Shown: positions 12,867-24,897 of the stretch, one piece after another
Layout of the letters: the number at the start of each line of letters is the position of its first letter
How positions within the stretch are numbered: the first letter of the stretch is position 1
Assembly (NCBI GenBank): GCA_030770535.1
Contig: JASVEC010000026.1
Coordinates: 124,001 to 188,000, forward strand
Direction: 5' to 3'
From: Batkoa obscura
Lineage: Eukaryota
Length of the DNA: 64,000 nucleotides
Made by a program: the position numbers and the translations under genes
The notes under the pieces: model-generated
What the model was told of the DNA's origin: nothing
Databases searched by the model: none
The model's input: only the letters and a program-made list of their open reading frames with translations

Positions 12867-12965
12867 GGGGATGTATTTTTGTGTTTAAGAATTTTACTAA
12901 CAATCTTTCCACTCAAAGAACGCTTAAAAAATGGAAAAAGTAATGAAGTCAAAAAAAACACCCCC
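12867..12965 (-). mobile_element. ~97-bp MITE (Sola-like family)
   Basis: GGGGATGTATTTTTG...AAAAAAAACACCCCC with flanks AAAT/ATAT. Confidence 0.9.
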
Positions 12966-13024
12966 ATATATTCAATGTTAAAGTTTCAAAAAATTAACTT
13001 CCAAATTATTGTCAATATTTATTT

Positions 13025-13882
13025 TTAATCAAAAAGTTTGCGTGGTACTTTTGAATCGATGTAAGAAGGTAATGGGATATTTAAAGCCTTTAAAGTGATA
13101 GCAAAGATATCCATATTACGGACAGAGTTATCTAATTTTTTTGGAGAAATACCAGGTCCAGAAGCACCGAATAAGATTTGAGTTTCTGCCTTTGAGTTTC
13201 CACCATGTCCTTTACCAATACCACCGTGATCAGCAGTCATTAGAATCAGAGTTGAGTCCCTTAACTTAGCTTCTTCAAGTTTGGCTAATATTTTCCCAAT
13301 ATAACTATCGACTAATTTATATTCTGCAATGTATTCCTTGCTCAACCATCCTTTACTATGCCCAGTTTCATCGATATCACCAAAATAGACAAACATAAAT
13401 TTGGAGTCTTTACCACGCGTAGTAATATAATCTAAACTTGAGGTAAAGACAGTTGTATCGTTAGAAGTCACTTTGTCTAATTTTAAGCCTTCTTCGGTAA
13501 GACCTTTGTTTAATGGAGCCCAAGAGACAATGGAAGCAATGGTAGCATTGGGGTCATGGTTTAAGATAGTTTTAAAAACAGTTGGATATTCAGTCTTATT
13601 ATAATAATGATCATTAATGTTACCATTAGTAACACCATGTCGTTCTGGAGTTACACCAGTTAGCATAGACCCCCAATTTTGACCTGACCAAGTTGGCTTC
13701 ATGGCTTGAGCGTTATTAGTATAAGCACCAGACACAAGGAGTTTATGAATGTTTGGAGTGTCGATGTATTGGTGAAAATTACCAGCACCATCTAAACCGA
13801 TAAAGAGAACTCTTTCAATTTTACTGCTTTCAATAGCGTTAAAGTACAATAAACTGGAAACTAAGATATTAATGACTTTCAT
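13025..13882 (-). CDS. Secreted alkaline-phosphatase-superfamily enzyme (type I phosphodiesterase/nucleotide pyrophosphatase-like)
   Basis: Signal peptide. Metal-binding motifs IGLDG, PTWSGQNWGSMLTGVTPERHG, DETGH and TADHGG...H. Intronless. Confidence 0.88.
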   Translation of the reverse strand: MKVINILVSSLLYFNAIESSKIERVLFIGLDGAGNFHQYIDTPNIHKLLVSGAYTNNAQAMKPTWSGQNWGSMLTGVTPERHGVTNGNINDHYYNKTEYPTVFKTILNHDPNATIASIVSWAPLNKGLTEEGLKLDKVTSNDTTVFTSSLDYITTRGKDSKFMFVYFGDIDETGHSKGWLSKEYIAEYKLVDSYIGKILAKLEEAKLRDSTLILMTADHGGIGKGHGGNSKAETQILFGASGPGISPKKLDNSVRNMDIFAITLKALNIPLPSYIDSKVPRKLFD

Positions 13883-14532
13883 ACCTAATTGGAATTAAAC
13901 TTTTATGTTAATCATTTGGTCTGACTTATTCTCCTTTTTATATCTTATCAATTACACGTGGATTTACTATTTCAAATTTGTGCATTCATGTCAAAATAAT
14001 AGAGTCGATTTTATCTCTAGCTGACCAAAATTAAGATATAATATTACATTTTTATATTTATGTAAAATAGAATAACAACAACAGTTATAATTTAGATTAG
14101 AATAAACTAAACTTTTCTTAATTGTGCTTATAAAAAAATCTCAACAAATATTGCTATTATTCTTTTAATAATCAAATTTTATTATATGACTTAGAAGCAC
14201 TATTTAAACTTTTATTGTATTGTATACACAATTTCTTTTTGCTATCGTAATATTTTTATTACGTTTTACTTTTCATTAACCTCTTCTTCCATTATTTATA
14301 TTTCTATATACTTTATTATTTTTAGAATATTAAGTCATTTAGCAATATTGATTCAACAAATCAAATTTAAAAAGTATAACATGCAAGATTGTTATTATTT
14401 TCAATTATTAAATTTAATGTATAAACACCAATTAAAGAATAATAAATATTTAAATACAATAAAATGCTATAGTAATTACAATCACAATTGTTAAACCAGT
14501 CCAAGTATTTTATTTTATTTTTTTTACTATTT

Positions 14533-14629
14533 AGAGATGTACTTTTGTTTAATAATTTTACCAACAATTTTTCCGCTCAAATAGCGCTTAAAAGATAGAA
14601 AAAGTAGTGAAGCTAAAAAAAAATACTCC
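14533..14629 (-). mobile_element. ~97-bp MITE (Sola-like family)
   Basis: AGAGATGTACTTTTG...AAAAATACTCC with TSD ATTT/ATTT. Confidence 0.87.
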
Positions 14630-14889
14630 ATTTGATAAAGTAAAATTAATAGATAGTAAAGCAAAGCAATTTTTTTAAATTTAAAATAATAGCAATTAAA
14701 GTTTTATTTGTTATTAATGTTATATGGGGATGTCTGGATTAGTTTCAAAATTTAACTAGAAATTAATCCAAATTTTAAGCTTTTAAATTTGTAAGTCTTT
14801 AATGTATGATTAGCTAAATTTAAAAAGTTTAAAACTAAATATAAAAATTCAACTTAAAAGACTTATTTTGTTTTTTTTAATTATATGTT

Positions 14890-15420
14890 TGTGAAAGTTG
14901 GTACTCAGTGATTGGAGTTAAAAGCAGTCTTAACTTAATTAACTGGCCGTAAGTCAAAAGGTCTTAGTTTATGTAACTAAGATAGACTTAAATTGATAGG
15001 AATAATACGTAATAAGCTACGAACTATGTAAAACAAATAGAATAGAAGATACTACTGTAAAATCTATGTAAAATACTATAAGACTTAGTGGCTTTATCAA
15101 AAGTATAATATTAGGGAACAATTCAATTAAAAAGCCTCGAGCTATTATGTTGAAGAATCTCTTTTATACTCCAACTGGGCGGCTATATATAAGGAACATA
15201 ATAGCAGTTGTTCCTTATTATAGTTGCCAAGTATGGACATTAAATTATTCATGGTTAGATGGTAGAAATTCTCACAGCAAATCAAAGTAAGGAATTCTGA
15301 GTTGATTATACCACATGAATTACGGCCAAATAGATTACAAAACTACAACTAGTTTTGTAAACAAGTTAAGTGATTATTATGCGATAATCAATCATAGAGT
15401 TGATGAAGCGATATTTCACA
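14890..15420 (+). mobile_element. Solo LTR (copy 2, 531 bp), nested in the Sola2-like element
   Basis: TGTGAAAG...TTTCACA with TSD ATGTT/ATGTT. Internal TATA-like CTATATATAAGG at ~15183. Confidence 0.88.
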
Positions 15421-15512
15421 ATGTTATATATTTTTTTATTAAATATTTAATAGATATATAATATATAATTATCTAATTATTTGGCTTTATTTTTTACTAA
15501 AATAAAAATAAA

Positions 15513-17164
15513 ATGCAAGCTTATATAACTAAACTTCGAAATGGAATTTTTAAAAATTTTAATATAATAGGGAGAAGCACATTTTATAAACATTGTAATT
15601 CATCTACATCAATTTTAACAACTATTCACAATAACCCAGAGTTTATGGAATTTTATAATAAAACAAAAAAAGAAAAGAAATGTTACTAAATTCTACTACT
15701 AATAACAACAAACTTGATCAAACAATGTATAAAATTAGTGCTTTAAGGGAAACAGGAGATAAAACCAACAAGTAGCATTATTATCGACTATAGCCTCAGC
15801 ATATTCTTTTGATGAATGTAAAAGTTTTGGATTTAATATAAATAGAAATCAATATGATTATTCAAAAATAAATAATAATAATAAAACATCAACGTTACAA
15901 CCTATTATTAAAAATACAAAAAAAATTAATGAGCAAATTAAAATTATTATACAATATTTACTTGATAATTCAATTATTTCATCAAGATTTAATAAAAAAG
16001 ATAATGATAATAAATATTCGTCAGATAATAAAAATATATATTAAATAAAAGTAGAAGAATGACATGTAGTAAATATTTTAATGATTTAAAAGATAAAGCA
16101 GTAGCTAGGTCAACATTCTTTAAATGTATACCAAATAATTCTAAAAATGCAGTAAGAAAAACAGATTTATGTAATATATGTGCCCAATATACAGTTAGAA
16201 AAAAGTTATTTGAAAACAAAATAAATACAGCGATAAAAAATAAAGCAGAGATAGAAGAATCTTTTAATAAAGAAAAAAGGTTATATAAATTACATGAGTT
16301 TTGTGTTGATACTCAAAAAAATATATTTAATGAAACTATTAAAAAATTAAATAATAGAAGTTGTATAATAATTTTAGACTTTAAACAAAATATGGAAATA
16401 GGAACAAGACCAGATCCAATAAATTTAGATCATTATAATAAACAAGCTATATCAGTATTAGGGTTTGGCGTTTTGTATTTAAAAAATGATAAAACAATAG
16501 GCAAAGCTTATTTTGATTATTTATGTGAAATACTAAATCATGATTCAGCATATCCAGGATATTATTTGATTGATTTAATATCTAAAGAGCCTTTATTTAA
16601 AAAGTTTACAAAAACTAATATATGGGCAGATATGAGAAATTATTTTAAATCAAGAGTTTTTATATTATATATTTAAAGAAATTTATAAAATAATAGTTTA
16701 AATGTTGATCTTAATTTTTTTGCTCAGCATCATGGAAAAAGTATAGTTGACGGATATTTTAGAAATCTTTCACAGTGGAAAAATAGTTTTGAAGCATTAG
16801 ATAAAATAGAAGATATTGATCAATCAATTTCAAAATTTGTGGTTTTTATTTGTGAACATAATAGAATTAATAACTCAACTGTCAATAATGGGAAAACAAA
16901 TATAATTTTAAAAAGTATGAAAGAAACAAAGATACAATAAAAATAATAAAAATAATAAAAATAATAAAAATAAAAGGTATTAAAAAGTATTTACATTTTA
17001 TTAAACGTGATAATAAACTACACTGTTATCCAGTATCTGATACATCAAAAAAAAGTGATACAATTACAATTAAAGTTGTAAAGTCTATAGAAAATAGAAA
17101 AATTAAAAGATCGACCCCAGCTTATCTTACAAAAATAACAGAAATTTTAAGTTCCAATATTTAG
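15513..17164 (+). pseudogene. Sola2-like DDD transposase, frameshifted and interrupted by stops
   Basis: ORF 16059..16676 has TDLCNIC, ILDFKQN, LNHDS and IWADMRNYFK. A shifted frame continues LNFFAQHHGKSIVDGYF (16728-16754 = HHGKSIVDG) and later KGIKKYLHF. This is the motif order I recall for Sola2 transposases (CxxC, DFxxN, WxD, HGKxxxDG, GxxxxHxF). Confidence 0.75.
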
Positions 17165-17615
17165 TAAGCAAGTAAGTAGCTTATTAGATGATAGAAATCA
17201 ATTATTAAATGTTGATATTACTTAAATTAATAATAGCTAAATTAATAAATAGTCAAAGAGTAAGTAGTTGTAATAATAAGGAAAAATTATTATTATAATG
17301 CTTGTGTTATATAGGGATAGTTAATTATAGCTTTGGGGTTAACCATTTCCTCATATGCAGCTATCTATTAACTTAGTGACATATTAATAATGTAATTATA
17401 ACATTAAAATAATTTACTCATTTGATAGCAAATCTGCAATGCTGACTATAAAGCAGTCAATAATGAAGGTTTTTTCGATGAGGTTTTATAAGAATATGTA
17501 TTTATTTACATAGTACAACTTTAACTAATATCAATATATAGACTATATTAGTAAAAGCCTTGCTAATTTGGAGATTTGTATTAAATTTAATAGGAATTCC
17601 GTCAACTTGTAATAC

Positions 17616-17712
17616 GGGGGTGTTTTTTTTGGTTTCATCACTTTTTCCATTTTTTTAAGCACTATTTGAGTGGAAAGTATCAATAAAACTCTTAAACAAA
17701 AAACATATCCCT
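17616..17712 (+). mobile_element. ~97-bp MITE (Sola-like family)
   Basis: GGGGGTGTTTTTTTTGG...ACATATCCCT with flanks ATAC/ATAT. Confidence 0.9.
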
Positions 17713-18451
17713 ATATGGAAATATTTTATTTTATCACTGTCCATTTTTTATATAGCATAAAAAGTAAAAAAGTTCAACTTTATATTTAAACTACTCTATG
17801 TATTAAAATTGAATAAATTAATGTATAAACTTATATTTACTTTATTTGGTCTATATAATTATAGTTAATAATATTTTGAAAATTTATAATAACGAGAAAT
17901 GTTACATTATAAAACAATGTGAAATAAACCATGTGAAAAAAGAAATTATAAAGTGACTTAATATTGAATCGATTGGTTCTATTGGCTATGAAATTAATAA
18001 GGGATCAAACTAAGTTAAACTAAAAAACTTATCTTAAGGGACCAATTAAATCATTATTTAGGAAAGGTGGCAAAATGGGTTGAAAATCATAAGAGTTTGG
18101 AATAAAAAATGATTCGATCTTTGGAAAAAAAAAATTAACCATCGGAAATGGTAATGTTTTGTTTAGCTGAAAACAAGAGTAATAGATTGATTTCTATCAA
18201 AACCTCTACATTATTATTTTATTATATTCAATTATAATATTTAATAATATTTTTAAAATTAGTTTAAAGATAAATGTTCATAATTGAATTTTATATTAAT
18301 AAAAATTTGAAAAATAAAGTATAGTTTATATTAAAACTTTCTAATATGATTAATGTTTATTAAAATTATTTAATGTTGTTAAATGTACAAGTATTATAAA
18401 CAATAAATTTTACAATAGGTTTTGAAGATAAGAATTAGTTATATAATTAAT

Positions 18452-19989
18452 TTAAGCCGAGTCCGAGGTAATCGCAGATTTGATATTATTTCCATCTTCA
18501 TAAAAGAAATGACTATTAGGTGCTAAAAATGAATAAATATCTTTTGTATCCCCTAATAATGGATCACTTTCATGATTTTCTTCGATACCATTACGTTGTG
18601 ATTTATGCAATATATCAGCCAATAAATGGATAGAAGTTACTACAAATGATACAGTAGATTGTGCAATAGGATGTTGTAAAATGTCTTGTAGATACTTATC
18701 GATGGAATACGGTGATGGTGCAATTGAATCACAAGAAATAACCATAGTACCTGTGGTTAAAATATAATCTTTACCTCTCCAATTTAAGGAATTCCCTAAG
18801 ATACTATACAAAAACAAAGGTAAAGCTGATACTTCACGAAAGCCCCAAGCAACCATATATTTTCTGAAATCGCTTACTGGCTTTCCAATTAATGATTGGA
18901 ATGTAATGAGATCTAAAGCAAACCATGTTACTACATGGAAAGCAAAGAAATTTAATGGATGAATAGAAAAGATAGAAGAAAAGGAATAAGAAGCAATAAG
19001 TCCATTAAGTACACATTCAGTAAAAGGTTCTAAAAGTATACTGAGCATTGAAATGTATTTACGCAAACGAAGCCAGCGAGATCTACGACCAAAGAAGGAA
19101 GAAAGAGGCATTTCACCCATTGGTTGATAGATAAGATCTTCGACCATAACATGCTTGAGGCCTAAATCCCAAATATTTTTAGCAATCCAATGATCTTCAG
19201 CTAAGACTTTAGTAGCTGCTTCCATACCACCAAACCTTTCAAAATCAGATTTACGATATAAACAACTCTTTCCCATTACGCAAGAATCTAGCTTTAAAAA
19301 GTTAACAGCGCTATACAACTTTGCATGAGTAGTGTTTAAAAAGATGGCGTCTAACATAGCGCCAAAACTTTGAGCTTGTAAGCCTATTGGTAAATGATGA
19401 ACAAGACCAACCTCTGGCTTAATCAATTCTACTAAAGCTCTACCAAGTGTGCCTTTATTTAAGTATACATTTGAATCGCATATCCATAATAAATCGTATT
19501 TTGCTTGTTTATATGCTTCAACCATATTGTTTACTTTAGGATTTACTCCATAAGTACATTCATCAATAATGATCTTAGCGTCAACGTTAGGGTACTTTGA
19601 CATTAATTTCTTTACAACAGGAATCGATGGATCGTTTGGTGAATGAACAGAAAATATTATTTCGAAATTAGTATAATCTTGAGTAAATGAAGTCTCTAAA
19701 TTTTGATACAACATAAAATCTAATCCAGATAATGGACGAATAATACTAACGAATGGTGAACCAGGAATAGACAATGGTTTGCGTTTGTTTAATACTGAGG
19801 CAGGTTTATATTTATGAGTACTATGAAAAAGTTAATATAAATTGACTATCTTTAAAATTAAAATTACCTTAAATACCAGCTCAATGTTGATATAAATATC
19901 ATTAAAACCCAAAAGATAAAGCCGAATGCAATAGCAGTAATATTGAATATATTGTATATACTCACATTATCTAAACTGTAGTCTAACAT
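18452..19989 (-). CDS. HSX11: Ceramide glucosyltransferase (glucosylceramide synthase, GT21)
   Basis: Exon 1 (ATG 19989) encodes an N-terminal TM, followed by intron 19867-19821. Motifs VSIIRPLSG, GVNPKVNNM, WICDS, MGKSCL, AEDH, RRSRWLRLRK, LEPFTEC and WRG. Confidence 0.92.
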
Positions 19990-21270
19990 GATGATAGTAA
20001 AAACAGAAAAAAAGATAAAAACAAATTGAGGATTAAATATTGTATAAAAAGAGGTAATCTCTCCTTTAAAAATCAAATAATTTAAATTTAACTGAAAAGT
20101 TAAACTTCTCAATTATTAATGATGTTTCCTATTTATACTTCATCCGCCATTTGATGGGGTCTTAAAATTTAATTGGCCACAATTATGATTTCAAATCAAA
20201 TTTGGAACAAATCGCATGTTTGAGAATAGAAATTTGATAGTGTTAAAAGATTAATAACCTTGAATAAATTATAAATTAAATATAAACTATTAAGCCCTAT
20301 TGATTATAAATAACGAATAACAATATAAGTATAATAAGAAGATATACGGTATTTTCTGCTGGTTTAATTTATATTGTTCTTTTAGTAACCTAAATAACAC
20401 AACTTTATAATTTAGGCTCAAAATATTTGAGTTAAAATAATGTGAGATCATTTTAAAGGTCATACTATTACCTAACTTAGTAATAAACAATGGAAGAATA
20501 TTAGCCCGACAACTAAATTTGTAAAATAACAAAATGATTTTTAATATGCATAAACGATACATAATATATATATGTAATATATATATATTATGATATATTA
20601 TATATCAAAATGCTATTCCTAGTAAATTGATAAGTTTCTATACAAAACCATAGTACGATAGCTTATACATTCACAACTTATGATTATTAATACAAAGTAG
20701 TAACTGCGCCGAGCCCGATCAATTAGATCATTTTAATTCTAATTGTAAAATCTAGTCATCAAAAAATATAATTGGTTTAGCCGTGTGGAATTTTGGGGTA
20801 AAACCAATAGGGTTTAGGCTAATTTTATAGAAAAAAAATGAAGTTGACATTTGATTCAGGAAGAAAAGGACTTCGGCTTGTTTTATAGATTAACAATGAT
20901 TTATAATCGCATTAAAATTTAGATAATTTTTTCAATGAAAGCCATTAGTTATTAATAAAATTTCAATGAACTTGTACGTTTTTGAAACATTTAATCAATT
21001 GATTATAAATATTTAACCTAAATAGTGTTAAAAAGAATATCAGTCTTTAGATATTTCATACAGAATATTCTTTTTTTCATCCTTCCTATTTTTTATTATA
21101 CTATCTTATTCAGTTTCATATTAAATATGCAACTGGGAAAATGCATTAGTTTTACCAGGGATGGGTAACTTGAATAACTTGCAATAAATTTTTTATTAAC
21201 AAAATTTTAGAGTTGTTCCGTGAAAAAAAAAGCAATTTCTAAAAAATTTAATAAAACACAATATTGATAT

Positions 21271-21367
21271 GGGGATATTTTTTTGGCTTCATCACTTTTT
21301 CTATCTTTTAAGCGCTATTGAACGGAAAAACTGTTAGTAAAATTCTTAAACACAAAAATACATCCCT
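21271..21367 (+). mobile_element. ~97-bp MITE (Sola-like family)
   Basis: GGGGATATTTTTTTGGCTTC...AATACATCCCT with TSD ATAT/ATAT. Confidence 0.92.
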
Positions 21368-21663
21368 ATATCTTTAAAAGTGAGTTTAGCATAATATAAA
21401 ATTACTAAATCAAGAAAAAATAAAATCCAGTCTCTTTAAGTTATTAAAATAGTAGAAGTTATTAAATGTTAATATTGGTCAAAAATGGAAACGTTAAAAA
21501 ACAGTGCAGTATTTATAAAACTATTATAAGGCCGATAAGCTTTATATTTATTTAGGAAATGGACTAATTTAATTTTAGTGAATGAAAACATATCACTCAT
21601 AAAATCATAAAATGTTCTTATTTAGTATTTTAACTTTGATTAATAAAATATGTTTAAAGATAT

Positions 21664-21761
21664 GGGGATATACTTTTGTGTTTAAGAATTTTACTGATAA
21701 TTTTTCCGTTCAAATAGCGCTTAAAAGATGGAAAAAGTGATGAAGCCAAAAAAATATCCCC
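21664..21761 (-). mobile_element. ~97-bp MITE (Sola-like family), inverted partner of 21271-21367
   Basis: GGGGATATACTTTTG...GAAGCCAAAAAAATATCCCC with TSD ATAT/ATAT. Confidence 0.92.
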
Positions 21762-21929
21762 ATATATAAAATTATAAAATATCGCTGCTTTTGTATTCTT
21801 AATGCTTTTTATTTTTTACAGTGGGGTAAAGAAGGGGCTCGGATTTTGATAAATTGTACAATTCTATTACAGTTCATACAAATTTAATTTCAACAAATAT
21901 ACAATTTTAATATTAGTCTGACATATAAT

Positions 21930-22017
21930 GGGAATGTGTTTTTTGTTTGAATTCTAGAGTAATTTTTTTATTTGATAGTGCTAAAAAATGAAAAAATAAG
22001 ACCAAAAAAATATCCCC
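21930..22017 (-). mobile_element. Diverged, shorter MITE of the same family
   Basis: GGGAATGTGTTTTTG...CCAAAAAAATATCCCC with TSD TAAT/TAAT. Confidence 0.75.
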
Positions 22018-22199
22018 TAATATTTTTAGTTTAGAATCTTCAGTTTAGCATAAAATTCAAATTGGGCAAAATACTAGTTATTAAGATCTAGCATTTTAAA
22101 GTTTAATCCAATAAGTAAAACATCTAAAACTGGATACAGTTAAATACTCTTGCTTTTTTTAATTTGTTGCTAATATATTTTACAATGAATTTATAAATC

Positions 22200-22697
22200 T
22201 GTGAAAGTTTGATACTCAATGGTTGGAGTTAAAAGCAGTCCTTGGTTGATTAACTTGCCTTGAGTTGAACGGTCTTAGTTTGTGTAACTAAGATAGACTT
22301 AACTTAATAGGAATAATACGTAATAAGCTACGAATTATGTAAAACAAATAAAATAGAAGATAATACTGTAAAATCTATGTAAGATGTTGTCAGAAAGACT
22401 TAGTGACTTTATTAATAATACGATATCAGGGAGTAATTCAATTAAAAAAGCCTCTAGTTAGTATGTTGAAGAATTTCTTTTATACTCCAACAAGTATGGA
22501 TATCAAAACGAGAGGATATCGTTCTTTGCAATATGAAGTTAGAAATCCTCACAGCAAATCAAAATAAAGAACTTTGGATTGATTATACCACATGTATCAC
22601 GGTTAAATTGATTACAAGGCTGCAACTAGTTTTGTAAACAAGTTCAATGATTATTATGTTATAATTAATCCGAGAGCTGATAAACCAATATTTCACA
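22200..22697 (+). mobile_element. Solo LTR (copy 3, 498 bp)
   Basis: TGTGAAAG...TTTCACA with TSD AATC/AATC. Lacks the TATA-containing segment present in copies 1 and 2. Confidence 0.88.
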
Positions 22698-23735
22698 AAT
22701 CATATACAATATCTTAATCTATAAATTTGCTTTAAAAAAAAATTGACAGAAAATTGAAAAAATTAAAGGCATTTAATTGAATCAATTCTATCATAGTAAA
22801 AGTTTCAATTAATTTTTTTTAATTTAAAAAAATAAGTTAAAAATTATATTCTTTATTTGAAAATGTTAATTTAATATATAATTATAAAAACATTGATATT
22901 AAATAAAATAAATGTTAATTTTAGTCAACAGTTTTTTTATATTAAGTGCTATCAATTTATAATATTAAAAAAAATTTAGAATAAAAAAGCTATAAGGTTG
23001 TACAAAAGTTTAAATAACTTAATAACTTTTTATATAGGGACCACAGCTTTATAAAACTTGACATGATGATTTTAATATTAAGCTATTATATTGTTAAGTT
23101 TTATAAAGTTTTATCATATAATTGAATAGCTGTTAATCTATTTTTAAAAACACTATCCTCTATTATATTAGGTCTTTTTTTAAACATTATTTTAAATTAA
23201 TTTTCTTTAAAATATAAGGTATAATACACATAAAAAGAAGCATACGCCTTTGTTATAAAGTTTTTATAAACTGGCTTATAAAGAACTGTAAGTGAACGGC
23301 TTAATAAAATATATCATATACTGCTAAAAAAATTCACAAATCTAATCAAGTCAATTATTCATTGTTTGATCAGCCCATAGAAAGTAAAAAAGGTGTACTT
23401 TCACTTAATCAGAAAAATAAAAATATAAACTATAATCCAAAATTGTATTTTTTGAGTTTTTATTAAACTATATCTTTATTTCTTTTCCTGTACATCTCTT
23501 CTTTTATCCATATCTATTTATAATGTTATAGTCACTTTATAGCTTATTGAAGGATTTAAAATTTCTTTCTCTCAATAACTAGTTTTAAAAAAAACTTAAA
23601 TGGCACGTAACCAAGCTTTGAATTGTTAGGAATTGATTGGTTAATTCGAAAATTCTATGGTTGATGTTAAAATTAAATATTGAAAAAGTCAACATCAAAA
23701 ATTGATTTTTTATATAAATAATAAACTAAATAAAT

Positions 23736-24595
23736 ATGACTACTGTCGAATGGGAAGGTAAATCCCTTGTCTACTCACCTCTATTCAATAGTAAAAATTA
23801 ATAACTTTTTAAAATAGACCCAGCTGAATCCCTTTGGACTTCCAACTCAAATTTAATCTCTCAAAACTTAAATTGTACATTCATCCAAGGTCTCCTTCTT
23901 GACTGTCAATCTCATCTTTCTTCCAGTACTCCCTCTTCTTCTTCCCCTACCCTTCCCCTCGATAAATACCTTGAATATCTCTCCCAAGACACATACTATT
24001 TACAAGTGTATGCTCGAGCCTATGCTTATGGATTAGCACAATGTGAAGAGTTTTCAGTAATTGAAAAAATCAAAGTATTATTAGATGGAGTGTTTGAAGA
24101 ATTAAAATATCACCAACTTTATTTGGGTAAATATGGGTTACAGGTAGCAAAGGAAATTAGTAAAGAAACGGGGAATTATGTTGATTTTTTGATAAATGTA
24201 GCGAAAGAACAACCGGTGCAAGCGTTGTTTGCAGCAGTAATTCCTTGTACCAGGTTATATTTGTATTTGGGTAAGTTGAGGAAGATATTTGTATTTCATT
24301 TTGGATTAATTTTGTTTTATTAGGTACTGAATTAAAATCGCAATTGAATATGGAATCATTACAATCCTTTGATAATCTTAATTTAGAAAGTAAAGAAAAA
24401 GTTGATAAAATTGAACTTTATTTTAACTGGATTCAAAAATATTCAAGTAATGGGTTGAGGAATGTTTGTCATCTTTTAGAAGGTTTATTTAACGATTTGA
24501 TTAAGAATGCAGATGAGGAGTTAGTAGAGTTATGTAAACAAAATTATAAAAAAGCATTGCAATTGGAGTTGGAATTTTTTGAACAAGTTAATTAA
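23736..24595 (+). CDS. TenA/THI-4/PQQC-family protein (thiaminase II / aminopyrimidine aminohydrolase-like)
   Basis: Three exons (introns 23758-23817 and 24271-24323). Motifs YLSQDTYYLQVYARAY, IPCTRLYLYLG (catalytic-type Cys), YFNWIQKYSS and LELEFF. Confidence 0.85.
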
Positions 24596-24897
24596 AGAAG
24601 AAATAAAAGGAATTGTTTTTATTATATGAATTTTTTTGGTTTATTATATTTAGTTAATTAACATTTTATTTCAATAAAAAAAGATTCAAAAATTAAAAAA
24701 AATACTATAAACTGATATTATCTTGATGTAAACCAATTATCCTAGTATGCCCAAAGTACTCTTATTGAACTCCAAAAGAACTAATGACTCAATTATAGTT
24801 CATTATCACATCTCAAAGTTTCTCTTCCATTAATCTTTACAACCATTCCCTAAAAAAAACTTTATTAGCACAAAATCTTTAGCCTCTAATTCCACTT

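Larger units (their letters stand above)
14726..17352 (+). mobile_element. Degenerate Sola2-like DNA transposon; right boundary tentative; contains a nested solo LTR
   Basis: Left end ATAT|GGGGATGT, the same 8 bp as the MITE termini. Candidate right end ...ATTTCCTC|ATAT. It encloses a broken DDD transposase. Confidence 0.6.

Noticed and set aside
12867..14629. Phosphodiesterase gene captured in a composite (Pack-type) element bounded by two MITEs
   Set aside because: The outer flanks differ (AAAT vs ATTT) and the right MITE has its own perfect TSD, so these are independent insertions.
14533..17712. The two inverted MITEs as 97-bp TIRs of the transposase element
   Set aside because: The outer flanks do not match (ATTT vs ATAT), each MITE has its own (near-)TSD, and the two copies carry different variants.
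20560..20605. Imperfect AT palindrome
   Set aside because: A simple (TA)n microsatellite, expected at this base composition.
23600..24330. TPP riboswitch in or near the TenA gene
   Set aside because: No CUGAGA ... CCUGAU/CUUGAU ... UAAU ... GCG aptamer core in the 5' region or the introns.
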